From contig OZ243927.1 in assembly GCA_965213925.1 (NCBI GenBank), positions 960,001 through 1,024,000 on the forward strand: a stretch of 64,000 bases of DNA. Direction: 5' to 3'. Below the pieces are notes generated by a model that searched no databases, was not told the origin of the DNA, and was given only the letters and a program-made list of their open reading frames with translations. This document shows positions 37,711-47,835 of this stretch, in pieces. Positions within the stretch are counted from its first letter, which is position 1; each line of letters begins with the position of its first letter. The position numbers were made by a program, and so were the translations under genes. The DNA is from Trueperaceae bacterium (GTDB taxonomy: Bacteria; Deinococcota; Deinococci; Deinococcales; Trueperaceae).

Positions 37711-40566
37711 TAAAAGTTAAACCCTAACCGGAAGCCGAACGTTCCCGTCGGGTTGGCGGGGCTGAAGCCGTAGTCGAAGCGTAAGGGGGGCAGCGCGAGT
37801 GCGCCGCCGAAGCCGATATTGAGTTGCACGCCGACGCCCGCGCTAAAGAGGAGCGGATCGAGGAAATCCTCGTTTGTGATATCCGAAGCGTAGCCGATGT
37901 CGGTAAAGACGAGACCGACCACCGTCTGCGTGATGGCGGTGGAGAGCCCGAAGTCGTAGCGGTACTCGGCTGTGCCGACGACGTAGGTACGTGACGGGTT
38001 GATGTCGTCGCGGGTGTAGCCGCGTAGCTGGGTCGCCTCGTTGTTCGTGTTGCCGACGATGAAGTAGCGGCTGGTCGGATAGTCGCCGCCGTAGCCGAAC
38101 TGGTGCCCTGCGTTGAACCGAAAAGCGAAGACGTGGCTGGGGTTGTCCAGAGCGAGATAGGTCCTCGCGCCGAACTCAACGGGCTGATAGGTGTAGCTGC
38201 GCCGCTCGCCGTCCTGCTGAAAGTCGTTGCCGAAGCCCAAACCCTGTGCTCGCGGTGAAGCGGTAGCCGCTGCGGGGAAACTCTGGGTTGTCGCGGGTGT
38301 CGTAGGCGCTGCTCACGCCGACGAAGCTCGAGAACCCGTTCTGCGGCTTAGCGCCCTCCGCAAACACGCGGTTCTCTTCCGTATCCGGGTCGTCCTCGTC
38401 GCGGTCGAGCGAGCAGTCGTTGTCGACGAGGTTGCCGTCCTCGCCGAACTCACAGGGCTCACCCGCCGGCTCCAAAGTGTAGCGCGTCGCGGTGAAACGC
38501 CCCGACAAGCGTACGCTGACGTTGTCTAAAACAGGTCGCCCGACGCCGAAGCGCAGACCCGTATCGCGCTGGCTATATTCGCCGATAAAGACCTTTTCCT
38601 CGTCTGTACAGGTCTCGGGGTCTGCCTCAGGGTCATCTACGCACACCCTGCGCTCGCCGTCTTCGGTCAGCGGCTGGTTGTTCTGCACCTCGCTGAAGAG
38701 GTCGACGTTGAGTTCGGTCGGCACCTCTTGGAAGTCCAAGAAGTCCACGTAGAGCCAAGGGATATCGTAGGAGATGTTGCCGCTCACCTGGAAGCCGATG
38801 TCCGAGGTCTGCGCGCCGATACCCGTACTCAGCCGGTGCGCCTCGCCGAAGAGGTTGGTGTCGATGTAGCTGACCTCCGCGCCGAAGCTCACGCCGCCTT
38901 CGGTGGCGAGTTCGGCGGAGGGTCTGATGGTGCGCGCGGGCTGCTCCGCGGCGATGAAGCGAACCGTGACTTCGTCGAGGCTGTCCGTCGGGACGAGCGC
39001 GTGGCTGATGCGCCCGCCGACCTGCGTGAGCTGCACGATATTCAGGCGGTTAATTGCTAGGATGCCCCGCTCCACCTCGCGCTGGTTATAGACCGTGCCG
39101 ACTTCGGGTAGATAGCGCGTGATGACGTCGTCGTTCGTACGCGAGTCTTCGTCTTGCAAGTCCACCTCATAGCCTGTAATTTTGACCTCACGCAAACGCT
39201 GGACGTAGGTGCCGTCCATGTAGTTGAACACGCTCGCGCCGTCAGGATAGGTGAAGTCGGGCGGCGCAACGAGCAGATAGCCCGCATTCTGGTAGACCTC
39301 TAAAAGCTGCCGAAAATCGTCCTCCGCTGCCGCCGAGGTAAAGGTGTCGCCGGGCTCGAGCCGCAGCACCTCACGTAACCTTTCGTCCGTGAAGACGGTG
39401 TTGCCCTCGATCTGAATTTCGTCGATCGGACCTGCTGACTCGGGCGGTCCCGACTCGAAGACCACGCGCACGCCGCCGTTTTCAGTGACCGTGGGTTCGA
39501 TGCGGATATCTTGTGAACGCTCCGCCGCTAAGCGCTGAACATCCTCTAAGAGCGCGTCGTAGTTGTAGAGGTCGCCGCGCGCTAGGCTCAGCTCGGAAGC
39601 GTCGATGCCGACCGCCGTCGTGTCGAAGCTCAAGATGCTGAGTTCTTGGATGTTGACGTCTAGGGTGCCGTTCTCGAGCACGGTCGTTCTCGGGTTGACG
39701 CCGCTGCCCCTGTAGCCCCGCTCTTCGTAAGCGTCCGCGACCGCCTGGACCGCCGCGTTATAGGCGCGGGGGTCGAAGTCTTCGGCGCGGGTCAGCGGGC
39801 GAAACAGCTCGCGCAGTCGCTCTTCGGATAGGACCGTCGCGCCGGAAAACGTCACCTCATCTAAAGGCGGCGACTCGTTGATCGTGTAGACGAGGCGCAC
39901 CGCTTCGGCTTCGGCGATCTCTTCGTCGGTGGCGGACGGCGTGCTTTCGGCGTCCTGACCAGGGCTGTCGTCGGCGGTCTCTTCAGCCTCTTCCTCGGCG
40001 TCCGCGCTCGCCTCGTCGCCCGGCTCTACGGGCACCACGTCCAGCGTGACGGGCACGGTGCCCGGATAGCCGTTCTGCTGGTACACTTGCTGCAGAATTT
40101 CGGTGCCTTCCCGCGCCCGGAAGGTGTTGTAGGTCGTCTCGGCTTCGATGAGGCTCTGAGCCAAAAACTCCTTGAGGCGGTCCACGGGGAGGCTCGAGCC
40201 CTCAATCTCCACCTCGGCGATGGGCGGGTTCTCCTCCGCGCTGACGACCAGCACGGGACCGTTCTCGCCCGGCTCCAAGGAGACGCGCACGCTCGAGAAC
40301 GTGCCGAGCCCCAAGATGCGGTTACGCTCCGCCTCTAGGTTGATGCGCCCCACGGGCGTACCGCGTCGCGCCACCAAACGCACGCGCACAAGGCTCTCCG
40401 TCGTGGGATTCGTGATGCCCTCGAAGCGAATCTCGGCGAGGTCGCCACTGACCTCTTGTGTGGTGGGTGTGGACTGAGCCGCCTCGCCTTGTGCGGCGGC
40501 GTGCAGGGGAAGACTCAGCAGGAAACATAGAGACAAACAGATAGAACGGGTGAAGTTAGCGCACAT
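37710..40566 (-). CDS. bamA: BamA/Omp85-family outer membrane protein, split by a 1-nt frameshift near 38240
   Basis: Multiple POTRA repeats (IQIEGNTVF, Y...GY), NLFG, YDTRDNPEFP; second ORF carries QLRGY, AEYRY, LRFDYG and terminal F. Confidence 0.85.
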
Positions 40567-40719
40567 GGCGAACAGTCTAACCTTGCCGGGAGTGAGAAGA
40601 GGTTAGTCACAAGATGCACGGCGCGTCGAAAAAGCTTCATCAAACTTATGTCTTGCAAAAATACACTATGCCGTCCTAAATGCGGTTTCTCTTCAAAGGC
40701 TGTTAGCTTTTAGCACTTA

Positions 40720-40885
40720 GTACACCGTAAACTAAGTATTGCTACCTCTTACATGTCACCCTGAGCCGAAGGCGTAAGGGTCTCGTCTCGCAATCTCGAA
40801 CAGTTGGGAGTGGAAGACGAGATTCTTTCACTCCGCTGTCGCTACGTTTAGAATGACATGACTCATTTTTTAGTTGACGTTGTAC
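40720..40885. mobile_element. MITE family 1, copy C (166 bp)
   Basis: GTACACCGTAAACTAA / TTAGTTGACGTTGTAC TIRs with TTA on both flanks. Confidence 0.88.
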
Positions 40886-41002
40886 TTAGCTGTTAGAAGT
40901 GGACCCTAAAAGCCTTAGCTAAGGGCTAATGGTTCGATTATTGTAACTTCTTACAGACAACGAAATAATACAAGGCCTGAGTCAAATAAATTTCGAAGAC
41001 CA

Positions 41003-41091
41003 TAAAAATGCCCCGCTTGGGCGGCGGGGCGAAGGGAGAGAGGAGGCAAGCGCGCAAGTGCGTCGGGAGAGGGGATGGCTCGCGCTTACCT
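41003..41091 (-). ncRNA. Candidate ~89 nt sRNA with CU-rich motifs
   Basis: TAAACT -10 box, 11 bp 5' stem with G-U pair, CCCCUCUCCC loop, CCUCCUCUCUCCC linker, GC terminator plus U-run. Confidence 0.6.
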
Positions 41092-41170
41092 GAAGAGAGT
41101 TTACAGCGCCGTCTCTAACAGAATTCTGACGGTTCGGCGTAAGCATTTTGTAAGTTGTTATGATGCCGTT

Positions 41171-42010
41171 ATGACCTCAAACTCCAATGACCTCTTGACC
41201 AAAAGTAAAGTCGACGAAGCGGTCGCGGCGATCCGCGAGGCGACGAGCCTCACGCCCAAGGTCGCCGTCACGCTCGGCTCAGGTTTGGGCCCGTTAGCCG
41301 ATGACATCCAAGCCGAGGCGACCCTTTCGTACAGCGACATCCCCGGCTTTGCGGCGAGCACTGCGCCGGGGCACGCGGGCACGCTGATCCTGGGCGAACT
41401 AGCGGGCAAAAACGTCGTGGCGATGAACGGCCGCGTCCACTTCTATGAAGGCATCGGCGCGCAAGCCGCCGCCTTTCCAGTGCGCGTCATGCACGCTTTG
41501 GGCGCGCCGACCTTGCTCGTCTCGAACGCTTGCGGCGGGCTCAACCCGAACTGGCAGGCGGGCGACCTCATGCTCCAGCTCGACTTCATCAACTTCACGG
41601 GCGCGAACCCGCTGGTCGGTCCCAACGACGACGACCTGGGTCCGCGCTTTCCGGTGATGTTTGACGCCTACGACCCGGACTATCTCGAGCTTGCTAGGGA
41701 GACGGCGAGGGCACAGGACATCCGGCTGCGCGAGGGCGTCTACTTGGCGGTCAGCGGTCCGAGCTACGCGAGCCGCGCCGAGCTGCGCGCGTTTCGCGCT
41801 CTGGGCGCGGACGCCATCGGGATGTCGACGGTACACGAGGTCATCGCCGCCCGCCACGAAGGGATGCGCGTTTTAGGCCTCTCCTCGGTGACGGATATGG
41901 CGGTGCCGGACGGCGCGCAGCACGCCGACAGCGACGAGGTCTTGGAGACGGCGGCGAAGTCGGGTCCGACCTTTCAGCGGCTCGTCAAGGCGATTTTACC
42001 TAAGCTGTGA
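41171..42010 (+). CDS. punA: Purine-nucleoside phosphorylase (trimeric type)
   Basis: LGSGLG, GHAG, GRVHFYEG, NACGG, GPSY, GMSTV; TATGAT 6 nt before the ATG. Confidence 0.93.
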   Translation: MTSNSNDLLTKSKVDEAVAAIREATSLTPKVAVTLGSGLGPLADDIQAEATLSYSDIPGFAASTAPGHAGTLILGELAGKNVVAMNGRVHFYEGIGAQAAAFPVRVMHALGAPTLLVSNACGGLNPNWQAGDLMLQLDFINFTGANPLVGPNDDDLGPRFPVMFDAYDPDYLELARETARAQDIRLREGVYLAVSGPSYASRAELRAFRALGADAIGMSTVHEVIAARHEGMRVLGLSSVTDMAVPDGAQHADSDEVLETAAKSGPTFQRLVKAILPKL

Positions 42011-42016
42011 GCACGC

Positions 42017-42661
42017 ATGTCGTTTGAAAGGGTGAGAGAGAGGATTGGGGCGGCCTGCGAACGCGCCGGACGCGACCCGCAAGAGGTCAAACTCGTCGCC
42101 GTGACGAAAGGACGTAGCCTCCAAGAGATCGAGGACGCGGTGCTCAGACACGGTCACGTCATTCTAGGCGAGAACCGCGTCCAGGAGTGGCAGGATAAGG
42201 TCGAAGCGCTGCCAGACGCTGAGTGGCACTTCATCGGCAACTTGCAGCGCAACAAGGTCAAGTACTGTTTCCCCTTTCACACCATTCACTCGCTCAACTC
42301 GGTGCGGCTCGCCGATGAGATGGAAAAGCGAGGCTCGAAGGAGGGACACACTTTTCGGGTCATGGTCGAGGTTAACGTGGCGGGGGAAAGCTCGAAAGAG
42401 GGCGCAGAACTTGCCGACGCCGAAGCGTTGGTCAAACACGCGCAGGACCTAGACCACGTCGACGTCGCCGGGCTCATGACGATCGCGCCCTACTCGGACG
42501 ACCCCGAAGACGCGCGACCCTATTTCCGCAGACTCCGCGAGTTGAACGGCAAGTTAGGTCTAAAAGAGCTTTCGATGGGCATGAGCGGTGACTTCGAAGT
42601 CGCCATCGAAGAGGGCGCGACGTGTGTGCGCATCGGCTCGGCGCTCTTTGAGGAGGATTGA
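42017..42661 (+). CDS. yggS: PLP homeostasis protein
   Basis: LVAVTK, GENRVQE, WHFIGNLQRNK, LSMGMS.D, VRIGSALF. Confidence 0.96.
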   Translation: MSFERVRERIGAACERAGRDPQEVKLVAVTKGRSLQEIEDAVLRHGHVILGENRVQEWQDKVEALPDAEWHFIGNLQRNKVKYCFPFHTIHSLNSVRLADEMEKRGSKEGHTFRVMVEVNVAGESSKEGAELADAEALVKHAQDLDHVDVAGLMTIAPYSDDPEDARPYFRRLRELNGKLGLKELSMGMSGDFEVAIEEGATCVRIGSALFEED

Positions 42662-42751
42662 TGCGGATTTCGTATTGCATGTCGCCGCAGACGCCAAGGA
42701 CCATGAACGGTTGCCTCAAAATAGCGAGGTGTTGGGCTACGCTGCTACCTA

Positions 42752-43115
42752 CTACTCTGTCAACTAAAAAACGAGTCATGTCATTCTGAACTAGGTTAGA
42801 GCACCGTTCGTCCAGCTTGACTGGAAAGCTCAGTAGGCATAGGTCAGAGCGAAGCTCAAAGGCTTTCAGCCTTCACCTGCTTAGCCTTGACCTGTGGAGC
42901 GATAGCCCTACGGTAAACCATAGGATAGACTCCGTGAAAGAATCTCTGACCTTGCTGACTCCTCTTGTAGAGATTGAAAGTTACAGAGTTTTGGCGGTAG
43001 CCAATTACGGAGTTTTAGCGCAGCTAAACGAGACCCCTCGACTGCGCGGAGTCTATCCTGTCAAGGGCTCCGCTCGGGGTGACAACAGTGTTGTAAATCT
43101 TTCCTAACAGTGTAC
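42752..43115. mobile_element. MITE family 1, copy D, expanded by nested insertions
   Basis: Same core and ends as copies A-C; 104 bp insert at 42792-42895. Confidence 0.85.
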
Positions 43116-44366
43116 TGAGCCGCAAAGCTGCTTGTAGATGGCGAGGTGTGAGCGCGTCACCGCCTCCCAGGTAAAACGCTGCGCGAACGCTCGCCCCGCT
43201 TCGGCTGTATAGGACCCTGAGTCTGAACCGACCAGATGTTGCAACAGAGCCCCCGCGAGCGCCCTTTCGTCCTTGGGTGGCGTGAGGGTGAGGAGCCGCT
43301 CTAGGGCTGGCTCGACCGCTCGAGGGCGCGTACCGACAACGGGTAGACCGTGCGCTAATAGCGTCAAGAGTGAGCCGCTTTTCAGCGTAACGCCCTGATT
43401 GAAGGGGAGCACGCCTAAGTCTGCGCCCCGGAGGTAGCTCGAGGCGACCTCATCCGCCACGTAACCCGTCATCGCCACCTTACCGCTAAGCCCTAGCGTT
43501 TCGGTAAGACGCTCTAAAGACACCCAGTAGTTCGCAGCTTCCTCGCCGCGCAGCGCCAAGCTTTCCGCTCCACCGATGAGGAGCAAGCGGGCGTCAGGTT
43601 GCGCCTTTAGAACCGACTGAAACGCGCCTAGGAGCGTTTCTAACCCTTTGACCGGATGCAGAAAGCCGAAAAAGGCGACTACGCGCGTTCCTCCAGACCA
43701 ACCGAAGCGGCTGCGTAGAGAAGCCCTAGCCGTATCCCGCTCTCCCTCCTCAACCGCAATGTTGATCCCTATCGGCACGCGCGTTATCCTCTGCGCGAAA
43801 CCCGGCAGACGCGCTAGAAGCGCCCCTTCCGCCTCGGCGTTCGTCGTGATGATGTGGTCGCTGCCCGCGAGCAAGAAGCCGTCCTCCTCGTCCCACCAGC
43901 CCCGCCGCTGACCCCAGCGGGCGAGCGCGTGTGCGCCCTCGTTCAACACGGGCAGCGACCACTCCCACCAGCCGTACTCGTGTGCCGTGGTGACGATTCG
44001 ACCCCTGTACCCTAAGCGCCGCAAAAGCGGGGGCAGGGAGAAAACCGCGCGCTCAAACCCGTACGTGCCGCCCGCGTGTTGGATGTGAAGCAGGTCCGGA
44101 GCGTCGCGGTGAATCGCCCGCGCCAGCGGGAGCAAGCTCCGGTAGGTCCAACCATCCGTGACGCCCTTGACGCCGTCTGCTTGCCCATTTATATTTATTT
44201 GCGCAGCGCTCGCTCTATCTGTATAGAGGTCCACGCGGACGCCTGAACGCTTCAACTCCTCTCTAAGTCGCGCGGTATAATGTGCAACGCCGCACCGCGC
44301 GGGCTGATAGGAGCCCGCGAGCATTCCCACTCGGACATTTTCAAGGGGCCTTCCTCCGCCGTACAT
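43104..44366 (-). CDS. Glycosyltransferase family 4
   Basis: CGVAHYT, IVTTAHE, FGFLHPVKG, GLPVVGT, FTWE. Confidence 0.88.
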   Translation of the reverse strand: MYGGGRPLENVRVGMLAGSYQPARCGVAHYTARLREELKRSGVRVDLYTDRASAAQININGQADGVKGVTDGWTYRSLLPLARAIHRDAPDLLHIQHAGGTYGFERAVFSLPPLLRRLGYRGRIVTTAHEYGWWEWSLPVLNEGAHALARWGQRRGWWDEEDGFLLAGSDHIITTNAEAEGALLARLPGFAQRITRVPIGINIAVEEGERDTARASLRSRFGWSGGTRVVAFFGFLHPVKGLETLLGAFQSVLKAQPDARLLLIGGAESLALRGEEAANYWVSLERLTETLGLSGKVAMTGYVADEVASSYLRGADLGVLPFNQGVTLKSGSLLTLLAHGLPVVGTRPRAVEPALERLLTLTPPKDERALAGALLQHLVGSDSGSYTAEAGRAFAQRFTWEAVTRSHLAIYKQLCGSVHC

Positions 44367-45512
44367 CTACGCTCGCCCCGCAGGTTTAGCGCTGTAGCCC
44401 GCCCGGTCATCTGCAGGGTCATCCGCGCAGCCTAATAGGTCCACAGCTTCAGCGAGCACTTCAGCCACGCTCACGTCCGCGAGGACGCTCGCGCCGTGCG
44501 TGCAGGGCGGCTCGGTCACGGCGTCCACATCGCACTCGGCGCAGCGGCTCCGCCAAGAGACCACCGCGCGGTTGCGCGCGCGAAAGAGCGGCGCGACGTC
44601 GACTAAGTTCGACTTGGTGAAGACGCCGACCGTCTTTGTGCCGACGGCTTCGGCGAGGTGGCGCGGGCCGGAGTCGTTGCCGACGAAGAGGTCAGCACGT
44701 TTCAAAACGCCGACTAAGCCGAACAGGGAGAGACCCGTGGAGAGGTCGAGGAGCGGTTTTTGCGCAGCACGCCTAATGCCTTCGACGAGCGGCGCGTCCA
44801 CCTTACCTCCGATGAGCACAGGCTGAAAGCCCTCTGCTTGGAGCGCGTCCGCGAGCCCCGCGAAGTGCGCAGGCGGCCAGCGGCGGCGCGGGTCGGTTGC
44901 GCCGGGGTGGAGAGCGACGAGCGGGCGCTCGGCGTCATGTCCCGCTCTAAAGAGGTGCGCGTCAGCCTCCGCTAAGTCCTGCGGCGTGACCTCCAACTGC
45001 GGATAAAGGCGCACGGGCGGTGCCCCTACCGCCGCCATGACCTCTAACCAGCGCAGCACATCGTGCTGATAGAAGGTATAGGGCACGTTGATGTCCAAAG
45101 GCGGCGCGTCCTTCGCCCTTGCGCCCGCACTGACTCGCGCGCCTAAACGCGCCGTGAAGGGGTTCGAATTGCCGCCGCCGCCGTGAAGCTGAATAGCGAG
45201 GTCGAAGCGGCGGCGCATCGCCTCGAAGAAGGCGTCCACGACTTCGGGTGCGTCATCCGGGGGCGCGTCTGGACCGCTCGCGTAGCGCACGCCCGCTACA
45301 AGCGGGGCGACGACGACCTCGTCCACCGGAAAAGGTCTGTCTTTCAAGAGCGCCCCGCTGTGCGCCGCGCCGACGAGCGTGATGTGCGCGGCCGGGTAGG
45401 CGCGGCGCAGGGCGAACAGGGCGGGTTCGGAAACGATGAGGTCGCCCAGACCGTTCGCACGCACTACGGCGATGCGCTTGACGTTCTTGAGAAGAGGTCC
45501 GACATGAAGCAT
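44367..45512 (-). CDS. Glycosyltransferase family 9 (heptosyltransferase-like)
   Basis: GLGDLI, LHPGA..RRWP, GNDSGPRHLA. Confidence 0.9.
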   Translation of the reverse strand: MLHVGPLLKNVKRIAVVRANGLGDLIVSEPALFALRRAYPAAHITLVGAAHSGALLKDRPFPVDEVVVAPLVAGVRYASGPDAPPDDAPEVVDAFFEAMRRRFDLAIQLHGGGGNSNPFTARLGARVSAGARAKDAPPLDINVPYTFYQHDVLRWLEVMAAVGAPPVRLYPQLEVTPQDLAEADAHLFRAGHDAERPLVALHPGATDPRRRWPPAHFAGLADALQAEGFQPVLIGGKVDAPLVEGIRRAAQKPLLDLSTGLSLFGLVGVLKRADLFVGNDSGPRHLAEAVGTKTVGVFTKSNLVDVAPLFRARNRAVVSWRSRCAECDVDAVTEPPCTHGASVLADVSVAEVLAEAVDLLGCADDPADDRAGYSAKPAGRA

Positions 45513-45652
45513 ACGTTCACTCTATCCAGGGACGCACTTCGTGTTGTGTGGGCTAGGTGTCGGTTTCGTATTCTCATCGTATTTCCTTCGTGGAGGACGC
45601 GGTAGAGTCTGCCCTATGAATTTTGTCCGGTTTCTCCTCTCTCAAAAACGCG

Positions 45653-46306
45653 ATGCGCCCCTCTAAACGCGCCGACGCGCTTATCTTCGACATGGACGGC
45701 GTGTTGGTCGACACGACGCCGCACCACGACCGCTCGTGGCAGCTTCTAGCCGAACAGGAGGGGGTCAAGCTCGAGCTGTCCCTCTTGGCGTCGCTACGCA
45801 GCTTAGGGCGGCGCGACTCGCTTCTAACCCTACTCAACGGTCGAACGCTGCCTGAAGCGGACATGCAACACCTCTTAGCGGAGAAGAACCGGCTCTACTT
45901 ACAGCTCATCAAAGATTTCGGTCCTGAGAACCTGATGCCGGGCGTGCGCCGTATTTTAGAGGAGGCGCGCATACAGGGCGTTCCACTCGGGCTCGCCTCG
46001 AGCAGCCGCAACGCCCGCTTCATCTGCGAACGCCTCAGTATCAAACCTTTCTTTCGCGCCTTCGCCGACGGCACCGACGTCGTGCGCGGCAAGCCCGCGC
46101 CCGAGCTGTACGAGCGCGTGGTGCGCGAGTTGGGCGTCCCTGCTGAGCGCTGTTTAGTCGTCGAGGACGGTGCGGCGGGCGTCAGGGCGGCGCACCGTGC
46201 AGGCTGCCGCGTGGTCGGTGTGGGCTCACCAGAACGCCTAAAAGAGGCTGACGCCGCGCTAACGGATTTGAGCGGCACCTCTCTAGGAACACTTTTAGCG
46301 CTGTAA
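45653..46306 (+). CDS. Beta-phosphoglucomutase-like HAD hydrolase
   Basis: FDMDGVLVDT, ASSSRNA, GKPAPE, EDGAAG. Confidence 0.85.
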   Translation: MRPSKRADALIFDMDGVLVDTTPHHDRSWQLLAEQEGVKLELSLLASLRSLGRRDSLLTLLNGRTLPEADMQHLLAEKNRLYLQLIKDFGPENLMPGVRRILEEARIQGVPLGLASSSRNARFICERLSIKPFFRAFADGTDVVRGKPAPELYERVVRELGVPAERCLVVEDGAAGVRAAHRAGCRVVGVGSPERLKEADAALTDLSGTSLGTLLAL

Positions 46307-46485
46307 GCTCGAATTTCCGCTCATACTACTCGAGTCCGCAGCGCACGTCCAGAAGGCACCTGCGCCCCCTTGTGTTTAGTCCGAAAAAGAGTGCTTTCAC
46401 CTCATTTATACTGCTACTCCTAGTACATTTGCCCTGTTCTCTCAGGAGTAGCATAAGGTCACTAAGTGCTTGTGGGGAGGGTGAC

Positions 46486-47673
46486 GTGACCAGGGAACAG
46501 GTTATAGAGGTGGCGACGAGGGTGAGCCGGCGGGCAGCGGACCTCCTAGATGAACGTGTTTTCGTCGTGGACCAGAGCGAGCGGGTGGTGGCGGCGAGCG
46601 AGCCAGGTTTCGTGGGCAAGGTGTTAGGAGACGCAGCCTCGCGCCCCTCCCAGCCGCTGCGCTTCAGCGCTTGGGAAGGGCGCGTGATCGTAGGCGCGCC
46701 TGCAACGTCAAGCCGTGAGCACGCCGCGCCTCCCCCTCGGCTCGTGCGCGGGGTGCTCGAGCTGATCATCAGCCAGATGACGCTCGAGGGCTTGCGCGGT
46801 CGCGACCTCCAGAACACGCTCGTGCACGACCTCTTGCGCGGGCACGTCTCGGACGAGGAGAGCATAAACCGCCAAGCGCGCATCCTGGGCATGGACCTCT
46901 CGCCGCCCCGCGCCGTTCTCCTTATCGGCGCAGAGGCGTATCTAGGCGCAAACGACGCGAGTAGGGCGAACGACATCATCGGCAGCGTCGTGCGCTTTTT
47001 CCACCTGCCGAACGACACCATCTGCGCTTACATCGGCGCGGGCGAGGTGGCGGTCCTCAAAGCGAGCGACGCGAAGAACCTGACGCCTTGGGCGCAGGTG
47101 GATGAAAAGGGCGACAAGGCGTCGGCCTGGGCTGACTTGGGCGCGCTCAAGCGGGCGGCGGCGGCGCTTATGGAGCGCTTGGCGGCAGATACGGGCGCGC
47201 GAGTGAGCGTCGGTATCGGGCGCTACCACCGGGGTCTCGCTGGGCTCGCGCACTCCTACGCGGATGCGAAAGCGGCGCTTTCTCTCGGTCGCCGCTTGGG
47301 TCAGAAGGGCGGCGTGCATTGCCTCGACTCGGTGGGCATTGCCGCCTTTATCGGCGTGGCGGACGAACGCACCAAAGCCGACCTCGCGACCTTTCTGCTG
47401 AGCCCTTTAGACGACGAGCCCGAGTTGCTGCGCACGCTGGCATGTTTGTTCGAACACGACTGTCAGCCGTCAGCGACTGCTAAAGTGCTGGGCGTCCACC
47501 GCAACACACTCAGCTACCGTTTAGAAAAGATCGCCTCGCTGACCGGCATGGACCCGAGGCGCTTCGACGACGCCGTGCAGATTCGCTTGGCGCTCGTCAT
47601 GAGGCAACTGCACAAAGGCGCGGAACAACGTTCGTCAAAAAAGACACGCCGTATCCGCGCCCTGCCGTGCTAG
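46486..47673 (+). CDS. CdaR/PucR-family transcriptional regulator
   Basis: VGIGR...SY.DA..AL; C-terminal HTH TAKVLGVHRNTLSYRLEKI; GGAGG before GTG at 46486. Confidence 0.88.
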   Translation: MTREQVIEVATRVSRRAADLLDERVFVVDQSERVVAASEPGFVGKVLGDAASRPSQPLRFSAWEGRVIVGAPATSSREHAAPPPRLVRGVLELIISQMTLEGLRGRDLQNTLVHDLLRGHVSDEESINRQARILGMDLSPPRAVLLIGAEAYLGANDASRANDIIGSVVRFFHLPNDTICAYIGAGEVAVLKASDAKNLTPWAQVDEKGDKASAWADLGALKRAAAALMERLAADTGARVSVGIGRYHRGLAGLAHSYADAKAALSLGRRLGQKGGVHCLDSVGIAAFIGVADERTKADLATFLLSPLDDEPELLRTLACLFEHDCQPSATAKVLGVHRNTLSYRLEKIASLTGMDPRRFDDAVQIRLALVMRQLHKGAEQRSSKKTRRIRALPC

Positions 47674-47835
47674 GTAGCGGCGCGTGTCACGCTACCAACG
47701 CTCGATAAGACGTACACACAACCTAGATGGAGTTGCCCTCGTCTTCGCGCATCCGTCCCCGACTGTAAGCCAGTCACCCTAGATTTTTAGGCGTCCGCCC
47801 AATGAAATGGGTTGTGAAGTTTCTTACACTGCTCT

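Noticed and set aside
43074..43084. TCGGGGTGACA matches the tRNA-Pro 3' end, suggesting attL/attR around the heptose cluster
   Set aside because: The 11-mer is part of the MITE core and recurs at about 16638. No integrase is present, so tRNA-targeted integration is unsupported.
16479..43115. Dispersed repeats as a possible CRISPR array
   Set aside because: No regular repeat-spacer periodicity and no cas genes; they have TIRs and behave as MITEs.
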